Below, in pieces: positions 39,470-50,989 of a DNA stretch of 64,000 nucleotides. The notes under the pieces were generated by a model. It saw only the letters and a list, made by a program, of their open reading frames with translations. It was not told the origin of the DNA and made no database searches. The position numbers and the translations under genes are program-made. Each line of letters starts with the position of its first letter. Within the stretch, counting starts at the first letter, position 1. The DNA comes from Pecten maximus. Its lineage: Eukaryota. The DNA is taken from assembly GCF_902652985.1 (NCBI RefSeq), contig NC_047026.1, positions 31,372,001 through 31,436,000 of the forward strand. Reading direction: 5' to 3'.

Positions 39470-39600
39470 CTTACTGCGGACTGTCTGTAACATCTTGAAC
39501 GTCCACGATATCCTGCTTCCACTGTATATAAAGATGTGATTGTTACAAACACACAAATAACAACTATACTTTGACACCCCATTTCGGTCAGGTATTCCAT
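39470..39600 (-). CDS. Exon 1 of meteorin-like gene: signal peptide (MEYLTEMGCQSIVVICVFVTITSLYTVEA|GYRGRSRCYRQSAV)
   Basis: Hydrophobic core with V-E-A cleavage site; AG|GTATGG donor in phase 2 matches exon 2. The start could alternatively be the ATG at 39582. Confidence 0.78.
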
Positions 39601-40717
39601 ACATGTGTGTAACCTCTTTAAGCTTGCTTCTGGAAACAACTATCACATCGGTAGAAGTAAACAACAATCCAGTCCTGACGTGGCACTGACTTAAATCTGA
39701 GTATGATTTCTTTTTAAACAGCTTTAGGTCATTAAACTGTGTGAATAATCCGTTTTGGTATTAAGCCGAAATTGAATTATGTTCCTCAAGAGATGCGTAA
39801 CACCTGCTTACAATGAAAATATTCACCTACGGGGAAATAATTTACTTATTTTCCAACTTAATATAAATCTTAATTGCACAGATTTATATAATAATGAAAA
39901 GTCATAAAAAATAACATATTTGTAAACAACAAAGTAAGGAAATGCATTAATCCATCCCGCAAAAACGTCAATACCATACTTTTATTGTTTGTGAAAAAGA
40001 CGAAGCTAAAAATCTGTTAGAAAAATCATCAGATTGTCTACATACCGATAATCAATTTAAAAAAAAATAGGCGATCATGTGAACGGATTATGTAGTAAAA
40101 CAGCACACAAAGACCGGATGACCATAAACATTGACCACATCATAAGACAACCTTTGTGATGTGATGTCGTATGACTGAAACGGGAACGACTGCTGTATAG
40201 ATAAAGTGTTAGAAATATTTAAAGAATGTGGAGAGAAAGCATCATGAATATTTTCCATGATTAAATGAAGGCTATATTTCATTCCAAATATATCAAAATT
40301 CTCTGGCATCAGAAATTGCATATGAAGACCAGCTGCTACAAGATAATTACACCGTAAATAATGGTTAAAGCTCAAGTTCATGTTCAGCTTGAATACGAAC
40401 AAGGGATACATATTTTTCTCTGTTACATAATGCAATTATTCGAGTACTCCTCCCCCCCCCCCCCCCCCCAAAAAAAAACCAGTACATAGCTCACATGCCA
40501 TTTCGATCAATTTAGCTAAACATTCAGATTATGTACCAATTATTTAAGTATTTTGCAACAAACCTAAAGAAATCAATGCAAGATTGCCAGGTTTAAAGTA
40601 TCAAAGACATTAAAGATGAAATCAAGATGATAGTAGTATGATGTAGTAGGAAAAGACAATTGTATTACTTTATACTGCTTCAATTTACATTAAACGGAAT
40701 ATATAGTGTGAACTTCT

Positions 40718-42200
40718 TCAGATTCTGTATCCAGACCCTTCATTTGTCTCCTAAACAGAAGATATAGTATAAACTACCCTAGATTCTGTATCTAGGCCCA
40801 TCATTACTCTCCTAAACAGAATATATAGTATAAACTACACTAGATTCTGTATCTGGGCCCATCATTACTCTCCTAAACAGAATATATAGTATAAACTACA
40901 CTAGATTATGTATCTAGGCCCATCATTACTCTCCTAAACAGAATATATAGTATAAACTACACTAGATTCTGTATCTGGGACCATCATTACTCTCCTAAAC
41001 ACAAGATATAGAATCAACTACCCTAGATTCTGTATCTGGGACCACCATTACTCTCCTAAACAGAAGATATAGTATCAACTACCCTAGATTCTGTATCTGG
41101 GACCACCATTACTCTCCTAAACAGAAGATATAGAATCAACTACCCTAGATTCTGTATCTGGGACCACCATTACTCTCCTAAACAGAAGATATAGTATCAA
41201 CTACCCTAGATTCTGTATCTGGGCCCATCATTACTCTCCTAAACAGAGGATATAGTATAAACTACACTAGATTATGTATCTGGGCCCATCATTACTCTCC
41301 TAAACAGAGGATATAGTATAAACTACCCTAGATTATGTATCTGGGCCCATCATTACTCTCCTAAACAGAATATATAGTATAAACTACCCTAGATTCTGTA
41401 TCTGGGCCCATCATTACTCTCCTAAACAGAAGATATAGTATCAACTACCCTAGATTCTGTATCTGGGTCAATCATTACTCTCCGAAACAGAAGATATAGT
41501 ATCAACTACCCTAGATTCTGTATCTGGGCCCATCATTACTCTCCTAAACAGAAGATATAGTATAAACTACCCTAGATTATGTATCTGGGTCCATCATTAC
41601 TCTCCTAAACAGAATATATAGTATAAACTACCCTAAATTCTCTATCTGGGCCCATAATTAGTCTCCTAATAGAAGATATAGTATAAACTACACTAGATTA
41701 TGTATCTACCTCCTTTATTAGTCCCCTAACAGAGGATATAGTATCAACCACCTTAGATTCTGTATCTAGATCCTTTATTAGTCTCCTAACAGAGGATATA
41801 GTATAAACTACCCTAGATTCTGTATCTGGGCCCATCATTAGTCCCCTAAACAGAATATATAGTATAAACTACCCTAGATTCTGTATCTGGGCCCATCATT
41901 ACTCTCCTAAACAGAGGATATAGTATAAACTACCCTAGATTCTGTATCTGGGCCCATCATTACTCTCCTAAACAGAAGATAAAGTATAAACTACCCTAGA
42001 TTCTGTATCTGGGCCCATCATTACTCTCCTAAACAGAGGATATAGTATAAACTACACTAGATTATGTATCTGGGCCCATCATTACTCTCCTAAACAGAAG
42101 ATATAGTATAAACTACCCTAGATTATGTATCTGGGCCCATCATTACTCTCCTAAACAGAAGATATAGTGTAAACCACCCTAGATTCTATATCTAGGCCTT
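40718..42200. repeat. 61-bp satellite (TAGATTCTGTATCTGGGCCCATCATTACTCTCCTAAACAGAAGATATAGTATAAACTACCC), about 24 copies
   Basis: Period 61 measured at 40780, 40841 and 40902. Confidence 0.97.
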
Positions 42201-42792
42201 TCACCATCTTCTGTTATTGTTCGGTACTGGGATGAAACACTCGACGGGTGTGGTTCCACAGCGATTCTGCTTTGCTTTGTTCTATAATTAATGTCTTTTC
42301 ACGACCCGAATGAGCTCTCTTCCTGGAATACATCTGTTACGCACCTGTACACAATCTGTGTTTTTATACACTGTTGTTAACAACGCTGTTATTTGTTAAT
42401 GACTTCAAAATATTCGTCTGAAACACACCCGATTACTGTGACAGTAGCTATTTATATCTAGATATAGAGAATCGCCAGTGCTAGGGCACTTAAATGTCAC
42501 TGACTGACTATTTTTGTTCAATTGCGCATGACTTCTGGAAAAAACAGACCGTAATGACGTTCTCGGCGTGGTGAGGAAGTATCTCCTGTACATGTTACAC
42601 AGGTGTGTCAGGTCTGGTACACTATCCCATTATATCTTTGGTTTACTGAGGGTAAGGTAAGTATGTAGTTACCGATATGATGATCCAATTCTAATACAAT
42701 ACATTTACATGCTAAATTAAGCAGGCTGCTTCAGAACACATACATTGCCCAGGTGTGTGTTATGAAGCAAATCGTAAACGGATGTGTCAGGG

Positions 42793-43418
42793 CACAGGGG
42801 CTTGGCACGATTTTCCAAATGATAGTCTATATATATATGTATATAGTATCAAGGGTAGTAACTACAAAGAGGGGAAAGACCAACGTATTTAAAAAAAAAA
42901 TAATTTGTCGTATTCTGCGGGTCAAAAATCTTAGTGACACATACATTACCTTAAGGGAAATGTTTTATCTTTCCAATGAGTGTTCGATGAACAAAATTGG
43001 CCAAGTATTATCCAAGTTATGACCTGACGAATTCGGAAATAAATGCTGAAATGGCTAGGTCGGAATCTCCCTGTCCGGTTGAATAGTCGCCTGGCCTCTA
43101 ATGGGTACCTCAATAACCATTCAGAAATCGAAAAATCGACGCTTGCAGCGGTATACAGTAACCATAACTATGTCTATATAGGATGTCGGTTGGTTATGTT
43201 ATCCGCCATGTGCCGTATCCAATTCCATATTACATCACCGAGCTTACCGTCTTCAAAAAGAACGGCCATCTTTCCCTTCATTCGGAACGCTTCTTGGCTG
43301 TACGACCACTGTGACGACATAAACAAAGTCACGAAAGGTTAGGGAAAGATGGCCGTTCTTTTTGAAGACGGTAAGCTCGGTGATGTAATATGGAATTGGC
43401 TACGGCCAAGCCCCTGTG
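42793..43418. mobile_element. 626-bp non-autonomous DNA transposon, 14-bp TIR, 8-bp TSD (hAT/P-type)
   Basis: TGTCAGGG|CACAGGGGCTTGGC ... GCCAAGCCCCTGTG|TGTCAGGG. Confidence 0.92.
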
Positions 43419-43654
43419 TGTCAGGGGATGTGTATTCAAGGGAACTTTGAGGGAGCAATCATTATTTGTATCTGGTAACATTTACTTTTCTATATACTAC
43501 TGAATGCAACACGCACTCATAAACTGCAGGTGAAGTTTTTCATTCAGAATTTACTTTTCAAATCAATATTTTGTAAGTTGACATGCACCGTAGCAGAACG
43601 TACAGCTTTAAAAGGTAGATAAAACTTGCTTTTTAGTTGGTCACATAAAAACTG

Positions 43655-45862
43655 ACTGCATTATATTCTGAATACACTATAGTCCGAAGGCCCATTAATC
43701 CTAAGGCCTAATAGTCCGCGAGCCCGATAGTCCAAAGTTCCAAGTGTTCGTAGGCCCAATAGTCCGAAGGCCCTAAAGTCCGAAGGCCGATAGTCTGAAA
43801 GCCCGATAGTCCGAAAATAGGTAATATTGTAGAGTGGATAAAAAGTGATATGCATGTATGAAATAATTCCCGTTGAGTATAACATGTGTATCACGATTAT
43901 GGCAGAATATATTTATACGAGAAAATGGAATTAGATACCGAAAAGAAAAACATCTTGTGTCAAAAAGGGAGGAGATCAGAAGTATAATCTTCTATGTTGT
44001 GTCCTTGCAAACGTTACGTTTGACAAGACGGTGCGATTCTGAATGGCCTGGTCAACGCAATTTTAGCGTTTTCAGATAAAAAAAAAACTGCATTCAAAAT
44101 TTGATAGTGATTAATTATGCATGTTTGTTAACATTTGCAGTTTTTACATAATTACTAAAATCGATGTCCATTAGTAGGTTGTTTATGCAGGCGCGCAATG
44201 TATCGATTCCAGGGTGGACCACGAACGCAAAATATAATCTCTTTTGGCTTTTTCACCTTCCCGTCGTCTAACTTCTTCGGATATCTGCTTTTCCTTTTCT
44301 CCGAGTAATGCTGGCTATTTTGGAGATTGCGGATAGTTCCAAAAAGCGCTCTCTTCGTTCAAGAATTCGTTTTCCTATTCGTGAAACAATTGTTAAATGT
44401 CGCCCTCGGTTATTCCGCATACCCCCTAAATTTTCTGTATTGTTGACTTATCCGCTTCCAATCTTGCCCTGCCTTCTTGTTGCTTTGCAGTTCCTAATAC
44501 CATTAAATTATTCTCTCGCCTTTCCTTTTTCCTAATTTTGATATGATCTAGTCCCTGCTTGGGGCATTGGCTCCTTTGACTTTTGGTTTTGCGATTTCCT
44601 CCTTGACTATATAATATAGCTGACCTTTAAAACCACATATTTGTTTCGAGTTTGATGATAGCTTTACACCTGTATTCTTTCTCCTTATCGATTAATTTTG
44701 TCTTTTTCTACGACCACCCGACAGGGACCGCAAAACCACAATGCATCCGATTTTCTCATCATTTCGATATTTTAATCCGTTTTGCATGTAGGCTGTTGCC
44801 GTTATAACATACTTTACATTGTTGTTCTTCTAACTCCAGTGGCGTCTTTGATTATCTGCTCTTCTGATATTTCAGTCATGTTGAAGTCCCGTTTTGATAT
44901 TGCAAAAAAAAAGGTTTTTGTAATGTATAACGAAACAAAATGGCAATTTTAAGCAAGACGGTATTTGAAAAATTTCAGACTTCTAATGTAAGAAGATTTG
45001 TTTTTAGAAGAATTTCAAACATTGGTCCATTTGATGGTAATTTTGAAAAGTTCTGTTTCTTGAATTTTGTGCGAGGCTCACATTTTTCGAATTCACTGTT
45101 TTCACTAAAACCATCTTTGCGTCTGGATTTTGAATATTTCAAATCCATTTTTGCTGTAAAGCTTTGTAATGTTCAATGCAATGAAAATAGTGAACAACAA
45201 AGTGGGACATTACACAGGTTTTGTATTTTATTTGCACATTTTAATGTTACTGGAGCACTTAAAATGATCTTCCTAAAATCCTGAAAAATAACAAATATTA
45301 GTTCAGGACAAAAAAGGAAGCACACTGACCCTACATGTTTGTATCACTCTTAGAAAGAAAAAAAAACTTTTCCCATTTGATCTACAAAATACCTTGAAAA
45401 GTTTGTCAGCAGAACTGTTTATATCAAGCGCTTAATTTAGCAACAAATAGTGAAAATGGGGTATTTTATGCTACAAAATTTCGGGGTAGGGCTACCATTA
45501 CTTGCAATTCTGATGAAGAATAATTGACTCGATCAATTTAACTTCTAAAAAGAATATGCTTGTTTTGTCAATTCCAAGATCATTCATACATATCTGAATA
45601 TACATATTTTTGGAACTTTGTTTCTAGACAAAAGCTACTATACTCTCAAATGTTCACATACTGATAAAAAAAACATCACTAGATCAATTCTGATTATGTT
45701 CTAGCGTTCTCATCACGTCAGATAAACGTATGGAAATGCTAAAAAAGTTGAATGCTCCCATAGCTACAGAGCTCCTAAAACATACAACATGGATCAATAT
45801 TTACCTATTTTCGGACTTTGGGAGCTTCGGACTAAAGGGCATTCGGAATATAAGGGTGTCGG
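43655..45862. mobile_element. About 2.2-kb DNA-transposon-like element with inverted subterminal 15-16-bp repeats (ATAGTCCGAAGGCCC)
   Basis: Left ...AGTCCGAAAATAGGTAATATTG versus right CAATATTTACCTATTTTCGGACT...; termini degraded, TSD not resolved. Confidence 0.7.
44250..44880 (-). mobile_element. Decayed LINE ORF1 remnant (PHD finger + 'ERRENNLMVLG' segment, CR1/L2-type)
   Basis: Minus-strand translation gives QCKVCYNGNSLHAK, LWFCGPCR and KERRENNLMVLG, with multiple stops. Confidence 0.6.
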
Positions 45863-46939
45863 TTATATACATAATTGATGATTAAAATGTAAAACAAATG
45901 AGTATTTAATTAAGAGTTGTGATAGAAAGGCCAACGTGTCAGTAGATTTGAAGACGTCGAGAGTGTCCGAGAGTGTCAACAGAAACGAAAGACTGAAGAA
46001 GCAAGTTCCATTGTGGTAGTTTTTAGATAGAGAACGTATTTATAGCAATGCGTGCATTGTTGTGTTTAAAGGAATATAATTATGGTCTACTTGCTTAATC
46101 ACGCTCAAGTCTACAGGGATGAGAGTTTTTCTGGATGGAAAGCGACGTGATTGTGAACTACTAGAAGTCAGGGTTGAAGTCTTAGTGGTGTACACGGACT
46201 AGTATAAACCGTCTCATGTCCGTACCAGAGCTGGTATTAAGATAGTTCTTATCAATACATATGACTTCTCGACATCGCCTTTTTTCTGTCCTGTTGATTT
46301 TGCAGGTGTTTTATGGATGAGAGAATAATTTACCTTGGTAATAACTAGAGTTTTGTAGGTATTGTCTTAGAATTGCTAGGATTTTACTTTCATTTTGTAA
46401 CGCAGGAATAATTGATTTGCCGTTCATATTATAGGGTTGATAAGGTTGTCCTATAGGTGATTTAAGAGAGATAGTATGACTACATAGTTTGTAGATAGGT
46501 ATTGATATGATAACGTTGATGGAGATTTATAATTTGGTTTCGTTTGGTATTGAACTGTTAACCTTCAATCAACAGCTATGGCCAGATATGGACAGGTTGT
46601 TACATAGAAAATGTCTCATGATTGATGTACACGTGGCAATATCCCAAGCGCGGCTGCATTAGGATCATATTGGGTTTTTTCCGTATCAGAACTTCTGCAT
46701 ACGATGATTATCAAGAAAAAGACGGAAGGTACTGCATTTTTTTGTTCGGCCATTTTGATGACGGACCTAAAGGTTATATCTATTTAAGTCAGTAATCATA
46801 AACACTAAAAACAGTAATACTGTTCAGAATATGAAAAAAAATATATACATCATAAGTTATATTTTCTTCCCTACATCAATATTATTTATGGAGGATTTAT
46901 TTGCTTAAGTTATATGTCATGTCAAATGTGGTTAAAAAC

Positions 46940-47122
46940 AACAGAGAATACCGACATAATAACGAAACAGTAACTATAACACAAAAATAACAGAGAATAC
47001 CGACATAATAAGGAAACCGTAACTATAACACAAAAATAACAGAGAATATCGACATAATAACGAAATAGTAACTATGACACAAAAATAACAGAGATTACCG
47101 ACATAATAAGGAAACCGTAATT
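46940..47122. repeat. 49-bp tandem repeat, about 3.5 copies
   Basis: AACAGAGAATACCGACATAATAACGAAACAGTAACTATAACACAAAAAT repeated. Confidence 0.9.
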
Positions 47123-47633
47123 CTTACTCAAAATCGATAAAAAGAATATGAACAAAGATATAGATTTGAATGGAGACCATTGAGAATGTACAGGAAGAAT
47201 AAGACCTGGTGTTCTGGGAGAGTAGGCATCTTCTTAGTCATCGACTACAGCCGCCATACAAGATGACAGAATGCTAATACCAAACTTGATTTACCTAAAG
47301 ATGAGGTCATAGTTCACTATCCCAAACTAATGCTCATAAATGTGTTATATAAGGAATAACTTCATGTACAACAAAGACATTTTTCAGTTTTTCAGACAAA
47401 TGTTGTAACTATGGAATATATATTAGCCAATTTTAACAGAAAAACAATACAAGATGTCTATTCTTACAGTTCACTGCTTGACAGCTCCTCATTAGAATGA
47501 TTTTTTTATGAATCAAATCATATACGTGTCGCGACCCAGTGAGCGGGGAAACTGGGCATTGACAGCAACAAAAGAAATAACATAATTAAATCGGGAATAA
47601 AGACATTATCCCTGACAAAAGTTATCTAAGCTA

Positions 47634-47757
47634 GGGTGATCGTATGGCATATTGGTAACGCACTTGTCTTTCATCCAGACAAACGGAATTCGATTCCTCG
47701 ATCAGACATGAAAATGTATGGGGTTCCCTGCCTGACCACGTGAATTTTCTCCGGGTC
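47634..47757 (+). mobile_element. tRNA-derived SINE head, truncated at its core
   Basis: A-box-like TGGCATATTGG, B-box-like ATTCGATTCC, then CCACGTGAATTTTCTCCGGGT. Confidence 0.6.
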
Positions 47758-47769
47758 TATTTTATTCCT

Positions 47770-48520
47770 ATTTGATTTCAGAATATTTTATTGTCGAAAT
47801 GGTACAGACAAAGGGAATTGGGCAACAGGACAAGCCTATAAAAGCCCTCTCCTGATGATATATATATACAACATAATGTACATACCAAAAATAAATATGA
47901 ATGCTATAACTAATAACTGCAAAGTAAAACAGTACATTTACAGAATGAGGTGCTTCCATAATTCATTACATATAGACTCATTAATTAATACCATTAAGGA
48001 TCACTTCAGAGTTCAAAAATATATTGCTACTGGTAAAGGTGTATCAGCCAAGGAAAGGTTTGATTTAGAGTGGAGTAAGTGGCAAAAATTAATAAATTTG
48101 TCTTAAGAATTTTTTTTTTTTTCCCTTTTTTTTTTTTTTTCCCCACCATATATATTTTTAATTCTACCAATTTGTTCTTGTAATATGTCTCTGTAGTACA
48201 GTTGTAGTTGTTACAGTATATATATAAAAGTCAACCTTGACATGGTCAAACAACTCTCCTAGCCTACCTCCCACCCTATTTCTCCATCTGTTTCTGTTGC
48301 ATATTTGTTCTTTTTCTCAACAATTTCTTTTTTTTTTTCCTTTTTGACTAAGTCTTCACTATCTTTACTTTTTTTCTGTGTCTGTCTGTCAGTCTGTCTA
48401 GTATTGTATGTATGTGTGTGTATAACTGCAAAGAGATTCCAATACATGTATATTACTAAATTCAAGCGGGAAATTGCATTATGATATTGACTGATCATAC
48501 TTTGTAATCACTTAAAAAAA
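47770..48520 (+). mobile_element. 3' end of an L1/Tx1-type LINE (ORF2 C-terminus + T-rich 3' UTR + A-tail)
   Basis: KQYIYRMRC...QKYIATGK...RFDLEWSKWQKLI* matches the Tx1/L1 C-terminal pattern; followed by a T-rich UTR and TTAAAAAAA. Confidence 0.65.
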
Positions 48521-48524
48521 TAGC

Positions 48525-49575
48525 AACAGACAAAAAACAGTCCATTCACAATCAATAGCCTGTGCTATATTCATAAAAGTGAAGAAAAAACAGTTATGAT
48601 AAATTTACAATTTCCAGTATTGAGTCAAGAAAATCGTCTGGTATCGACAATGAATCTCTGAACCAAGTCAAGAACGGATTTGTTTAAAATAATATCCACA
48701 TCAAAAGAACCAAATAAAAATAATTGTGTATTCTGCAACATATAATCACTCAGAGCAGCTACAGAGTTGAAAAGGGATTGCCTTTCAATTTTATAAAGAG
48801 GACAGTTTAGAAAGAAGTGAGAACAATCTTCAACTGGATAGCCACAGTTGCAGGCAGGGGTATCTTTTAAATGAGAATTAAATAAATCTGCATTTAGATT
48901 ACTCACAGAATTTCTTAACAGACATAAAATTATATTAATGTTTCGATCTCCACCGTTTTTAAAAATAGTAGTACATTGTGTATCACGATCTAAGTCAAGA
49001 TGTTGTAAGAATTCACGCTTTAATGTATTTAAAGAGGACATTGAGGGAAACAGACAAGTTGGATTGTTCCATTCAGACATGATTTTAGGGGAAAAGCTTG
49101 TATTATAAAGGTTTGTTCTAGCCTGAGGCACATCAAAAAGTCTATTATGACGTAATGGGTAAGCAATATTATTTGTGTTCATATAAGGTAAAATAGATTC
49201 ACTAAAATGAGCAGGGCATAATTTATTAAAAATCTTATAAAACAGAATATGTTGATGAAGATGTCGACGCTTAGAAAGTAGAATAAGACCAGATTCTCTG
49301 TACAAAATAGCATGACTTGTTCCCCGTCTCAAACCAGTAATGATGCGTATAGCCTCGAGTTGCATCGACTCTAGCAGCTCACACTCTCTTTCAGTACAAT
49401 TTGGCCAAACTACGTCGGCATATTCTAATATAGGGCGAATGAATGTTGTATAAATTAGAAGCAATGAGTGTCTGTCAATTTTATATTTTACCATTCGGAG
49501 AATATTTATTCTTTTATAAGCTTTTTCATGATTGTTAAATACTAAACCAAGATGATTATGAGTACGAACATTATT
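48525..49575 (-). mobile_element. 5'-truncated LINE (L2/CR1 group) ORF2 3' part with zinc knuckle
   Basis: Open frame 48625-49611: HNHLGLVFN, IYTTFIRPILEYADVVW, and CNCG...EDCSHFFLNCPLY. Confidence 0.9.
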
Positions 49576-50580
49576 CCTATGTAGATTACAGCAAGCAGTA
49601 TATGAGTGCAATTTTTATTAGAACATTAAATAGTTTTTTTTCTGTATATATAAACGTCAAACCAAAACCAACTTGACCGGACGGACGAGCACACACTCCA
49701 TACCATAAAAACGAGAGGGGTTATCATGGAAAAGATTAGGATGAAATGGCAAAAAGCCCTACATAAAGGGATATTCGAAAGTATATTGAGGATATATCCT
49801 GAACACATAAGAAAAACGTCGTGGACTAAATTGACAAAAATTGAGAAGCATTGTGTATCGGAAAAGATTGGAGGATATTAAGATTTGGAAACTCATTTGT
49901 GTGAATAACAGAAAAAGCGACAACCCAAGCTCGTAGGTATTGGAGCGGAAACACTCCGTGTCATTAATCTATAAATCGGCAATCACAGATCGCATTCAAC
50001 ATGTTCCATCGCAAATGGGGAATCCCTCTTCATAAATAAAATTATTTATGGCAACCGGATATAATGGCCATCCTTGCTTAGCTACTCCAACTTCCTTTAC
50101 CTGATTTACTATATATATATGATGTTTTATTATGTTCTAATCATTGAAAGAAAATAGAAGGGACATTTGATTTAATCAGCAAGGTTGTGTTCTAAATCTG
50201 TCTACAACAAAAATTGGGGTGTTATTGAAGACCGGGCTTGCAGCTGTCATAATACCCTTTATAGGCTAGTTCATCCTGTACTTGCCTAAAGATTTAAAGT
50301 GATACCGGATGTTTGCGATGTCGAGATACCTACCTAATGTTACATCAGACACATGATTTTTGTGATACCTACCCAATTTACTTCAAATGTGTTTTGTTCT
50401 TTCAGATTGACGGTCTGAAGGCAGTAATGGGAAACGGCACCAAACTAATAAGACAGTTATCAGTGATTCGGAACAGTGACGATGAAGAATTATGTAATAC
50501 ACAGTGAGGTGGACCGATACATAACAGGCAAAGTGATTTCTGATTAATGTGAAATGATACGATAAAAGCACACCCTCAAA

Positions 50581-50989
50581 ATGTGCGTTAGGTGCATCAA
50601 GAGTTGGGTCAATGTTAGTGCAGGGATATTTTGGAAAAGACTGTTAACAGTTCTACTATGTGAAGCAGCATTAGTTCTTGTGTTCATCCAATATACAACT
50701 AGTCAACGGAAGACGCCAGCGTTACAAAGCACTAGCAGAATGCCTCTACGAGAGTTATGGCACCATGGAAATAAGGCATCAAATAATAACTCAGAGGCCT
50801 TGGATATCAACTCCGTCAGAGAGGCAACACATATCAGCTCCGTCAGAGAGGCAACACATATCAGCTCCGTCAACTTTACCTCGTATAACAACACCATCAA
50901 ACTGGCATCGAACAATAGCTCAACTAGTCTGCAATTAAACTACACCATGTCGGATCTCCCTCCATGTCCCCTGATTCCACCTGGTCTGA
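50581..50989 (+). CDS. B4GalT/GalNAcT exon 1: cytoplasmic tail, TM anchor and stem (ends CPLIPPGL)
   Basis: AAAATG start, hydrophobic LLTVLLCEAALVLVFI, A|GTAAGT donor. Confidence 0.9.

Noticed and set aside
48625-49611. 328-aa ORF as a host gene
   Set aside because: It is the 3' part of a LINE ORF2 with no real start and no RT catalytic core.
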